In this document: positions 55,957 through 64,000 of the stretch, one piece after another
Layout: the number at the start of each line of letters is the position of its first letter
Position numbering within the stretch: the first letter of the stretch is position 1
Assembly: GCA_963666115.2 (NCBI GenBank)
Contig: CAXXET010000003.1
Coordinates: 1-64,000 of the forward strand
Direction: 5' to 3'
Source: Dehalococcoidia bacterium
GTDB taxonomy: Bacteria > Chloroflexota > Dehalococcoidia > UBA6926
DNA length: 64,000 bases
Translations under genes and position numbers: made by a program
Notes under the pieces: generated by a model
What the model was told of the DNA's origin: nothing
Seen by the model: the letters and a program-made list of their open reading frames with translations, nothing else
The model's database searches: none

Positions 55957-57368
55957 CCTACATACCGTACTCCCCCCCCCGCCCCCGCAACCTCCCCCTC
56001 TCCATCTATATCCACGTCCCCTTCTGCCGCTTCAAGTGCTTCTACTGCGACTTCAACACCTACGCCGGCATCGAAAAACTCATCCCGGACTACGTCGCCG
56101 CACTCACCATTGAAATCCGCCGCTGGCAGAACGCCCTCGAACGCGCCGGCATCCGGCCCCGCATCGAGACAATCTTCTTCGGCGGCGGCACACCCTCCCT
56201 CCTCCCCCCCGCCCAACTCGAAAAAATACTCCGTGCCTTCGTCTCCACCCTGAACTTCCGCCGAGACATCGAAATCTCCATGGAAGTCAACCCGGAAAGC
56301 GTCACCCCCGGCTTCGCCCGTGACGTCATGTCCCTCGGCGTCAACCGCTTCAGCATGGGCGCGCAGAGCTTCAACCCCGCGGAACTCCGCATGCTCGGAC
56401 GCCTCCACGACGAAACAGGCGTCGAACGCGCCATGAACGCCCTCCGCGCCGCCGGCGCCCGCAACGTCAACCTCGACCTCATGTACGGCCTGCCCCGCCA
56501 GACCCTCAAAACGTGGGAATCCAGCCTGTCCAGCGCCTTGGCCCTTAGGCCGGACCACCTCTCCCTCTACGCCCTCACCGTCGAAGAATCGACCCCCTTC
56601 CACGGCTGGGTAGAGTCGGGCCGCCTCCCCTCCCCCGATCCCGATCTCGCCGCCGACATGTACGAACTCGCCGAAAGCCGCCTAGCGCAAACCCGCCTGG
56701 AGCAGTACGAAATCTCCAACTGGGCAAGGCTCGGGCAGCAATGTCGCCACAACCTCGCCTACTGGCTCAACGCGCCCTTCCTCGGATACGGCCCCGGCGC
56801 CCATTCCCACATGTTCGGCGCCCGCTTCTCAATCATCCGCCAGCCCCGCGCATACATCGACCGCATGGTTGAACTCGTAAAGCAGCCCCTCCCGGAATCC
56901 CCCCCGCTGCCCTCCCTGGCCCACGTCGCCGAAATCGACCAAAATGCCCCCTTCAACGAAATGGACGCCCTCGGCCAAACCCCCTCCATCTACTACGAAG
57001 CCGCCCTACGCCAAATCGCCCCCATAGACGCCATCGACCCCTACACCGGCTCGATGCGCCAGGCCGAAACCCTCGTCCTCGGCCTGCGCCTAAACCGCGG
57101 CGTCAACGAACAGGACTACGCAAAACGATTCGGCGCGACGCCCACAGAACTCTTCGGCCCTGCAATCGAACAATCCATCGCCGACGGCCTCCTCGAACGA
57201 ATCGACCCCAGGCCCACCGGTTACGCCTTCCGCCCGGCCGATCCCGACACCCCCCGAGGCCGCGAAAACGCCGCCCGCGGCAAACGCGATGCCCTCACCC
57301 TACGCCTAACCCCAAGAGGCCGCCTCCTCTCCAACGAAGTCTTCCTCCGCATAATGACCACCCCCTAA
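55953..57368 (+). CDS. hemW: radical SAM heme chaperone HemW (HemN-like)
   Basis: IYIHVPFCRFKCFYCDF, FGGGTPS, DLMYGLP, YEISNW, CRHNL.YW. Confidence 0.92.
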   Translation: MTYIPYSPPRPRNLPLSIYIHVPFCRFKCFYCDFNTYAGIEKLIPDYVAALTIEIRRWQNALERAGIRPRIETIFFGGGTPSLLPPAQLEKILRAFVSTLNFRRDIEISMEVNPESVTPGFARDVMSLGVNRFSMGAQSFNPAELRMLGRLHDETGVERAMNALRAAGARNVNLDLMYGLPRQTLKTWESSLSSALALRPDHLSLYALTVEESTPFHGWVESGRLPSPDPDLAADMYELAESRLAQTRLEQYEISNWARLGQQCRHNLAYWLNAPFLGYGPGAHSHMFGARFSIIRQPRAYIDRMVELVKQPLPESPPLPSLAHVAEIDQNAPFNEMDALGQTPSIYYEAALRQIAPIDAIDPYTGSMRQAETLVLGLRLNRGVNEQDYAKRFGATPTELFGPAIEQSIADGLLERIDPRPTGYAFRPADPDTPRGRENAARGKRDALTLRLTPRGRLLSNEVFLRIMTTP

Positions 57369-57369
57369 C

Positions 57370-57628
57370 CCCCTCCGTCATTCCGGCGAAGGCCGGAATC
57401 CACCCCCCACCCCCTCCGTCATTCCGGCTTCCCCCTCCGTCATTCCGCCCCCCTCCGTCATTCCAGCTTCCCCCTCTGTCATTCCAGCTTCCCCCTCCGT
57501 CATTCCGGCGAAGGCCGGAATCCATCGCCCATGTCATTCTGAGCGCAGCGAAGAATCCAAAGCCTCAATTGTGCAGCCCCCGTTCACCCTGAGCCCCCTC
57601 CCCGCTCACCCTGAGCCCCGTCGAAGGC
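57370..57628 (+). repeat. REP-like cluster with short tandem CCCCTCCGTCATTCC units
   Basis: Six CCCTC(C/T)GTCATTCC units, one TGTCATTCTGAGCGCAGCGAAGAATCC and two CACCCTGAGCC units. Confidence 0.88.
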
Positions 57629-57699
57629 CCCCCCCAATAGCCATCCCGCCCCCGCCCCCCTATACTGCCAACACACGTCCACACGCAGCAGGAACCCAT

Positions 57700-57753
57700 A
57701 TGCACGTCATCGGCGCCGCAGGACACATCGACCACGGCAAATCCACCCTCATC
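57700..57753 (+). pseudogene. selB 5' fragment, copy 1 (18 codons, with upstream promoter copy from about 57630)
   Basis: Encodes MHVIGAAGHIDHGKSTLI; upstream CCCCAATAGCCATCCC..TATACTGCCAAC as before intact selB. Confidence 0.85.
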
Positions 57754-57826
57754 TCCACCCCCCACCCCCGTCATTCCCACCAACCGCGTACAATGGTGTT
57801 GACAGCAAACCATCGTGAGGTCAGCC

Positions 57827-58069
57827 ATGAAAGTATCGAAGCGCGGCCAGGTGAACATAGACAGTACCGCAAATCATCAGGCGCGCCACGCATCGGATGA
57901 GCCGCGTGAGGAACTCACTGCCCGCTCCCGCAAAATGATGCAAATCATGGAAGAGCGGAAAAAGGCCGGACTCACGGGCGTCGATGTTGTCGCGGGCATC
58001 CTCGGCAAGAACGCGCTGGGAGAAGGTGTCAGCGTCGATGACTACATCGAGGAGATCCGCCGCAGATGA
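57827..58069 (+). CDS. AbrB/VapB-like antitoxin (possibly degenerate)
   Basis: MKVSKRGQV start and VDDYIEEIRRR end, ATGA overlap with a PIN toxin start. Confidence 0.6.
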   Translation: MKVSKRGQVNIDSTANHQARHASDEPREELTARSRKMMQIMEERKKAGLTGVDVVAGILGKNALGEGVSVDDYIEEIRRR

Positions 58070-58122
58070 TAACGGCGGTGGATACCAACGTCTTCTTGGA
58101 CGTGCTCATCCCCGAACTGCAA
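58066..58122 (+). pseudogene. truncated VapC toxin (N-terminal about 19 codons)
   Basis: MITAVDTNVFLDVLIPELQ then runs into the selB upstream repeat. Confidence 0.7.
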
Positions 58123-58197
58123 GGCCTCCCCCAATAGCCATCCCCACCCCCACCCCCCTATACTGCCAACACACCCCCAAACGCAGCAGGAACCCAT

Positions 58198-58251
58198 ATG
58201 CACGTCATCGGCACCGCCGGGCACGTCGACCACGGCAAACCCACCCTCATC
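58198..58251 (+). pseudogene. selB 5' fragment, copy 2 (18 codons, with upstream promoter copy from about 58121)
   Basis: Encodes MHVIGTAGHVDHGKPTLI; same upstream sequence as copy 1. Confidence 0.85.
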
Positions 58252-58394
58252 CCCCGCCCCCCCATCCGTATCCCCCGCGAAGGCGGGGGTAGCCCACCCC
58301 AACCTCCGTTTTTCCCGCGAAAGCGGGAATCCAGCAGGCGCGGGCCTGTTACCAGTTAAGGGTGGGATGCCGTAGCGCGTCTCGGTAGCAGCTT

Positions 58395-58838
58395 GTGAAC
58401 AAAACAGTCAAGAGGGTGCTGATTTTGCTGGGCGTGGGAGCCCCTGTGATAGCACTGGGTATCGTGTTGAGCAACGTCCCCGTAGATTACCAGCCTTCGC
58501 CGGATACTCCTTCGTGTGATGAACGTTGGACGGTGAAAGGCACCGGGAGCATGGAGCCGGTATTGACAGGAGGGGATGAGGTGTGTTTAGACACGAACAT
58601 CACTCCCGAGGACCTTCATCGCTGTGACATAATTGTCTTCAGAGCGCCCAGTAAGTATATCGCGCACCGCATCGTCGCGAAAGAGAATAGAGAGGGTAAG
58701 TGGCGCTATTGGACACGCGGCGATTTCCAGCCGACTGACCCTTCCCCCGTGCCGTTCGTGAACGTGCAAGGTAAGGTTGTCAACGCGCACAGAGATGAAG
58801 GGTCGAAGGCGCGAAGCCTGTGCGAACAAACCGGGTAG
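58395..58838 (+). CDS. S26 family signal peptidase-like protein (Ser/His type)
   Basis: N-terminal TM, GTGSMEPVL..GD, DIIVF, HRIV, TRGD. Confidence 0.72.
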   Translation: MNKTVKRVLILLGVGAPVIALGIVLSNVPVDYQPSPDTPSCDERWTVKGTGSMEPVLTGGDEVCLDTNITPEDLHRCDIIVFRAPSKYIAHRIVAKENREGKWRYWTRGDFQPTDPSPVPFVNVQGKVVNAHRDEGSKARSLCEQTG

Positions 58839-59063
58839 TTGTCAGGAAGAAGCCAGGCCAACGCTAGGCTAGGTCTAGCTTGCGTTGACGCACTCTTGAG
58901 CCGACGGTCGCTCTGCATCGCGTTCGTGGCGTTGGCAGCGTCCGAGCGTGCGAGCCCCCACCGCTCGCCCGCCAGAGACTTCTGCGCGTCAAGCATCCGC
59001 TCCAAAACTACGTCGAGGGCGACATGGCTGCATTCCGGGCATACAATGGGCGGGAGGCGAGCA

Positions 59064-59735
59064 ATGGCACTCGATATCCACAAGCTGATGCAAGGATTGG
59101 CCAGCCAACGCCCGCTCTTTCATTCGGAGGCGGACTTCCAGCACGCCCTCGCGTGGCACATTCGGGAGGCCCACTCCGAAAGCGCGCCCCGACTCGAATA
59201 TCCCGTCCCCCCTGAGACCACTGCGGACGACGGGAGAAACAAAAGTCCCATCTATCTCGACATCTGGCTCCCCGGGTATCAGACTGCAATCGAGCTGAAA
59301 TACCGCACGCGCAAGCCGGACCCGAATCAGGATTCCCTGGACTATCAGGGAGAGATATTTCGCCTGAAGAGCCAGGGTGCGCAGGACATTGCCCGCTACG
59401 ACTTCCTACGGGACATACACCGCCTGGAGCGTATCGCGCGCCATCAAAACACCCCAGCCAAGGTCGGGTACGCAGTTTTCCTGACCAACGAAAAACTCTA
59501 CTGGGAGCCCCCAGGTAATGTCGGAACCATCGACGCCGACCTTCGCATACACCAAAGCCAGAAGTTGAAGGGAACGGTCGCTTGGGCGGAAGGCGCCAGC
59601 GATGGAACAAAGAAAGGCAGAGAAAAGCCGATCCCGCTCAAGGGACCCTACCAACTGGACTGGCGTCACTACTCGGATGTAGAAGGCACATACGGCAAGT
59701 TTTGGTATCTAGCCGTCGAAATCAGACCAACCTAG
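59064..59735 (+). CDS. hypothetical protein, PD-(D/E)xK nuclease-like
   Basis: FHSEADFQHALAW..LEY..YLDIW..AIELKY pattern; GGAGG RBS. Confidence 0.62.
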   Translation: MALDIHKLMQGLASQRPLFHSEADFQHALAWHIREAHSESAPRLEYPVPPETTADDGRNKSPIYLDIWLPGYQTAIELKYRTRKPDPNQDSLDYQGEIFRLKSQGAQDIARYDFLRDIHRLERIARHQNTPAKVGYAVFLTNEKLYWEPPGNVGTIDADLRIHQSQKLKGTVAWAEGASDGTKKGREKPIPLKGPYQLDWRHYSDVEGTYGKFWYLAVEIRPT

Positions 59736-59821
59736 CCCTGCTTGCCTCCCCGCTCACCCTGAGCCCCGTCGAAGGGCGCCCCCCAATAGCCATCCCCTCC
59801 CCCGCCCTCTATACTGCCAAC

Positions 59822-61675
59822 ATGCACGTCATCGGCACCGCAGGACACGTCGACCACGGCAAATCCACCCTCATCCACGCCCTCACCAGCATCGATCCCG
59901 ACCGCCTCCGTGAGGAAAAGGAGCGCGGCATGACCATCGATCTCGGCTTCGCGTGGCTCCGACTCCCCTCCGGCGAAGAGATCGGCATCGTCGATGTCCC
60001 CGGCCACGAGCGCTTCATCAAGAACATGCTCGCCGGCGTCGGCGGCATCGACCTTGCCCTCCTGGTAATCGCCGCCGATGAGGGCGTCATGCCCCAAACC
60101 CGCGAACACCTGGACATCCTTGACCTCCTCCGCGTCGAGCGCGGCATCGCCGTCGTCACCAAGTCCGATCTCGTCGAACCCGACTTCCTCGAACTCGTCC
60201 GCGAAGAGGTCACCGAGACTCTTGCCGCCACCACTCTCGCAGGCGCCCCCGTCGTCACCGTCTCATCCCAGACCGGCGACGGCCTCCCCGAACTCATTGC
60301 CCTGTTGGACTCGCAGCTACAGGAAACCCCGCAGCGCCCCGACCGTGGCCGCCCCCGCCTCCCCATCGACCGCGCATTCGCCATCTCCGGCTTCGGCACC
60401 GTCGTCACCGGCACCCTCATCGACGGGTCGATCAACGTCGGCGCGGAACTCGAAATCGTCCCCGGCCGCAAACACGTCCGCGTCCGCGGCCTCCAATCCC
60501 ACAAGCAGGCCGAAACCACCGCCGAGCGAGGCTCCCGCACCGCCGTCAACCTGACAGGCGTGGACGTCGATGAAGTCGCTCGCGGCCAGGTTCTCACCAC
60601 GCGCGGCTGGCTGCGAACGACAACCGCCGCCGATGGCCATATCCGCATGGCCGCCAACGCCCCCGGCCCACTCCGCCACAACATGACCGTCACCGTCCAC
60701 TGGCTCGCCGCCGAATCCCTTGCCCGCGTCCGCCTGCTCGATGCCGACCGTCTCCACCCCGGCGGCTCCGGCTGGGTGCAGATCGTCCTCGAAACTCCCC
60801 TGCCCCTCATCAAGGGCGATTCCTTCATCCTCCGCTCCAACGTCGGCACCCTCGGCGGCGGCGAGATCATCGAAACCGACGCCCGCAGACACAAGCGCAA
60901 CGACGCCAAACTCATCGCCCGCCTTGAGGCCCTCAGCGCCCCCGACCCCTCCGAGGTCATCCTCCGAACACTGGACTCCGCCGGCCCCCTCAACCTCGCC
61001 GAACTCGCCCGCCGCTCCGCCCTCTCCGAGGACGACGCCCGCGCCCACGTCGCCCGGCTGGCAGACGAAAGCCTCCTCGTGCAAGTCGGCGATGGCGCAA
61101 ACCGCCTCCTCTACTCCCTCGACGGCTGGAGCGCCGTCAAGGCCGCCGCCGCCAAGCAGCTGGCCGCCTACCACACGTCCTTCCCCCTCCGGCGCGGCGC
61201 GTCGCGCGAGGAGCTCCGCAGCCGCCTCCGCGCCCAGCCCGAAAACTTCCCCGAAATCCTTGCCCTCATGCAGGCCGCCGGCGTCCTGGTCGATGAGGGC
61301 GCAACCGTCCGCCTCCCGGACCACGTACCCGCCCTTACAGCCCCCCAAAAGGCCCTTACGGACGCTTTTAAGAGGTTACTTCGTGAAAAACGTCACCGCC
61401 CTCCAACAGGGGGGTCCATCGACCCTGAGCTATTGGGCTTCTTGACAGATTCGGGGGAGGTAGTCCAAATCGGGGACGGAATCGTGTACGACGCCGAGGT
61501 CTACCAAAACATCACAAACCAGGTCGTCGCCCACATACAAAAACACGGCAAAATAACTGTCTCCGAGACCCGCGATTTGCTAAACAGCAGTAGGAAATAT
61601 GTGCTGCCCCTACTCCAGAGCATGGACGCCCGACACCTAACTCGCCGTATTGGAGACGACCGCGTCCTGGCGTAG
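59822..61675 (+). CDS. selB: selenocysteine-specific translation elongation factor
   Basis: IGTAGHVDHGKS, EKERGMTIDLGFA, DVPGHERFIKNM, C-terminal wHTH SRKY..P.L..D..TRR.GD.R. Confidence 0.95.
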   Translation: MHVIGTAGHVDHGKSTLIHALTSIDPDRLREEKERGMTIDLGFAWLRLPSGEEIGIVDVPGHERFIKNMLAGVGGIDLALLVIAADEGVMPQTREHLDILDLLRVERGIAVVTKSDLVEPDFLELVREEVTETLAATTLAGAPVVTVSSQTGDGLPELIALLDSQLQETPQRPDRGRPRLPIDRAFAISGFGTVVTGTLIDGSINVGAELEIVPGRKHVRVRGLQSHKQAETTAERGSRTAVNLTGVDVDEVARGQVLTTRGWLRTTTAADGHIRMAANAPGPLRHNMTVTVHWLAAESLARVRLLDADRLHPGGSGWVQIVLETPLPLIKGDSFILRSNVGTLGGGEIIETDARRHKRNDAKLIARLEALSAPDPSEVILRTLDSAGPLNLAELARRSALSEDDARAHVARLADESLLVQVGDGANRLLYSLDGWSAVKAAAAKQLAAYHTSFPLRRGASREELRSRLRAQPENFPEILALMQAAGVLVDEGATVRLPDHVPALTAPQKALTDAFKRLLREKRHRPPTGGSIDPELLGFLTDSGEVVQIGDGIVYDAEVYQNITNQVVAHIQKHGKITVSETRDLLNSSRKYVLPLLQSMDARHLTRRIGDDRVLA

Positions 61676-61682
61676 GGAGCAT

Positions 61683-62891
61683 ATGATGCCTATTGACCGC
61701 CTGCAACTCTCCCGCCAGGTCGGCGAACTCGCCGATTACCTTGACGCCCAACGCGGCGAATTCAGCCGCCGCCTTGCCCGCGCTATGCAAGCTGCCACTA
61801 CACACTCCGAGCCCGACGCCTTCAGCCGATTGACGGACAAACTCGAATCACAGCGTGGCGTCTATTCATGGCTCGTCCCGGGAGTAGCCGAACCGCTTAC
61901 AAATACATACGAACCCACTGCCCCGCCCCGCGACTACATCGTGTTGGCAGTTGACGGTTCCCAGATTGAAATAGACCGCGATTCCCCATTCGATGCCTAT
62001 TTGATCAACGTGGGGCGAGTATCCATCCGCTACGGCCAATCATCCGATGCTGTCATTGATAGCCAGGCTCACACATACTACAAGCCGGAAGATCTTGTTC
62101 TCGGTGGGCGCCGCCGCCCTGGCCGTGAACATGTAATCGGCTCATCTGTAATTGCCGCCCGCCGCGACACCGCCGAGGTCAGCGCCCTCGCGGATATGGC
62201 GGAAACGCTACCTGAAAACATTCCCGCCATCGGCCTGCTCGACGGCTCGCTGACACAATGGCGTATCTCAGAAGCGGACAATATCGCCGAACCCGAACTC
62301 CGCACGCAATATCTCGATGCCCTCTCCCGTCTTGCCGAGGTTTCCAAACAGCGTGACTTTGTAGTCGCCTCCTACATTTCCCGCCCGCGTGCCCGCGAAG
62401 TCGTGAACGCCCTTCGAATTGCGATATGCCCATTCGACACTCCAAATTGCCGCCTATACTGCCAAGACAAGGCAGAAGGAGAACGACCATGTGATGAAGT
62501 CGCCCGCGTGCGTGACCGTGACATATTCGAAGAAGTGCTAAACACGTCAGGAGCGCGTTCGGGCATATTCCGCAGTACGTCCGATGAAATTGCAGGATAT
62601 GGAGATCACATTCCCCATTTCTTCTACATGGCCGCCGAAAATGAGCTTGCCCGTATTGAGCTCCCGCAATGGTCCCTAAGCCAAATCGACCTATTGCACA
62701 GCCTGCTGTGGGACCAAATCCAACTTGGCAACGGCTATCCGCTCGCCCTTGCCGAGGCGCATGAAGAGGCAGTCGTCCGCGCAGACGACCGCGCCCTTTT
62801 CCGCCAGCTATTAGAGGACGAAGCGATACGAAATTCCGCGCCCAACCGCGCGTCTGCAAAGACGACGGCCAAGCGCCAACGTTCGCTATGA
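61683..62891 (+). CDS. nurA: NurA domain nuclease
   Basis: AVDGSQI, LLDGSL, ASYISRP, ARIELPQW, GYPLALAEAHEEAVV. Confidence 0.88.
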   Translation: MMPIDRLQLSRQVGELADYLDAQRGEFSRRLARAMQAATTHSEPDAFSRLTDKLESQRGVYSWLVPGVAEPLTNTYEPTAPPRDYIVLAVDGSQIEIDRDSPFDAYLINVGRVSIRYGQSSDAVIDSQAHTYYKPEDLVLGGRRRPGREHVIGSSVIAARRDTAEVSALADMAETLPENIPAIGLLDGSLTQWRISEADNIAEPELRTQYLDALSRLAEVSKQRDFVVASYISRPRAREVVNALRIAICPFDTPNCRLYCQDKAEGERPCDEVARVRDRDIFEEVLNTSGARSGIFRSTSDEIAGYGDHIPHFFYMAAENELARIELPQWSLSQIDLLHSLLWDQIQLGNGYPLALAEAHEEAVVRADDRALFRQLLEDEAIRNSAPNRASAKTTAKRQRSL

Positions 62892-62921
62892 TTAACGAGC
62901 GCCAAGCGATACAATTCCACC

Positions 62922-63560
62922 ATGACAACCAATAATGCCGAACACAACATGAATAGCAGCGTGCAGCTCAGCCGCATCGGCGAGGTCATCGCGGCAAACA
63001 CAGGCAGCTTCATAGCAGAAGCCCAACTGCTGCACACGCCCCCCGCGCTGGGGTCGGTCGCCGTAATCGCCGATTCCGGCATAGATACCCTTGCATTTGT
63101 CACGTCGGCGGAAACAACTCCCAAGGATGCGGGCCGGCGTCCAACGGCGCGGGGCGGCGAATACGAATCCGAAGATGAGTTCTACGAACGGCACCCTGAA
63201 ATATCCCGCCTAATTCGTACGACGTTTTCCGCAGTCATCGTCGCGCACCGAGTAGACGGCCAACTCTATGCCTACCTGCCGCCCCGCCCTCCCCGCCTGC
63301 ACGCATTCGTATATCCGGGCAGCGTCGACGACATTATCAACTTGGCCGCCGATCCGCTAACACTGCAAAACGTCGCCTCCGCGCGCCCGGACGCCACAAA
63401 TGATTTTCTGCCCGCCGCCATCCGCACGTTGGCAAGCGCAGCAGGCTCCGCGCAAATGCAAGAAAAATATCTAAGAGAAACAGGACGCCGCCTGGTCCAC
63501 CTAATGCGCGACGATATACCAGGCTTACAAGCTGTTTTGGCAAAGGTCAGGCCGGCGTGA
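62922..63560 (+). CDS. HAS-barrel domain protein (NurA/HerA-associated)
   Basis: IGEVI...F.A......PPALGS.V, YLPPRPPRLHAFV; adjacent to nurA. Confidence 0.7.
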   Translation: MTTNNAEHNMNSSVQLSRIGEVIAANTGSFIAEAQLLHTPPALGSVAVIADSGIDTLAFVTSAETTPKDAGRRPTARGGEYESEDEFYERHPEISRLIRTTFSAVIVAHRVDGQLYAYLPPRPPRLHAFVYPGSVDDIINLAADPLTLQNVASARPDATNDFLPAAIRTLASAAGSAQMQEKYLRETGRRLVHLMRDDIPGLQAVLAKVRPA

Positions 63561-63561
63561 C

Positions 63562-64000
63562 ATGGACATTTCACACATTCGCACCATCCTGGAAATCATA
63601 AAGCGCGGCAGCTTTTCAGAGGCCGCCTCCGAGCTAAACATCAGCCAGCCCGCCGTCAGCCTCCACGTCCAGCGCCTGGAGCGAGAGCTTGGCGCGCGCC
63701 TGCTGGATCGCGGCGGCCCCCGTATCCGCCTGACCCCGCACGGGGAGGCTTTCGTCCGGCACGCCAAGCGCATCGTGGCGGCGTACACGGAGATGCGCGA
63801 GGACATCGCGCGTCTCGCCCACGACCTCACGGGATCGTTGCGCCTCGCCGCAAGCACCATCCCCGGCGAGTTCCTCCTTCCCGGCCTTTTGGCCGATTTT
63901 GCCGCCCTCCACCCAAACGTCGCCGTCAACCTTGCGGTGAGTGACACGGAAGCAGTAATTGGTGAGTTGGAGAATGGCACGTGTGATGTGGGCTTCACCG
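63562..64000 (+). CDS. LysR family transcriptional regulator (selenium-metabolism-associated type), partial
   Basis: Own translation: MDISHIRT..GSFSEAASELNISQPAVSLHVQRLERELGARLLDR...LAASTIPGEFLLP; runs off window. Confidence 0.85.
   Translation, partial: MDISHIRTILEIIKRGSFSEAASELNISQPAVSLHVQRLERELGARLLDRGGPRIRLTPHGEAFVRHAKRIVAAYTEMREDIARLAHDLTGSLRLAASTIPGEFLLPGLLADFAALHPNVAVNLAVSDTEAVIGELENGTCDVGFT

Noticed and set aside
57370-57530. Tandem CCCCTCCGTCATTCC units resembling a CRISPR array
   Set aside because: Spacers are only a few nt and not unique, the units are fragments of the dispersed REP-like family, and no cas genes are present.

Overview
GC-rich bacterial chromosome segment, probably Chloroflexota (Dehalococcoidia/SAR202-like; inferred from gene content and protein style). 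The housekeeping backbone is Trk/Ktr K+ uptake, sufBD, tRNA-Met and tRNA-Val, rnpB, aroKB-aroC-aroE, ruvX, alaS, folC, fabF, a frameshifted acnA, hemW, selB and nurA. The ORF track misses or splits three selenoproteins, each with an in-frame UGA followed by a SECIS-like hairpin: a DsbA/FrnE-type UPWC protein, GrdB and GrdA. GrdB and GrdA belong to a glycine/betaine-reductase-like cluster with non-canonical active-site motifs. Accessory genes (TA pairs, a type IIG R-M enzyme, a Schlafen/AlbA-ATPase-RRM fusion, a DUF3800 remnant, a PPC-repeat lipoprotein) mostly lie between clusters of three short palindromic REP-like families. Every copy I found is on the + strand, and some lie in frame inside proteins. 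The most unusual features are: (1) a tandem array at selB, in which the selB promoter plus first 18 codons occurs three times with different cargo between copies; (2) a Schlafen-RRM gene converging on a degenerate copy of the tRNA-Met located 3 kb upstream; (3) a DUF3800 gene converging on a promoter-driven small hairpin RNA; (4) a TusA/DsrE/TusA-MetE-like sulfur-relay cluster; (5) a catalytically degenerate DXR paralog.
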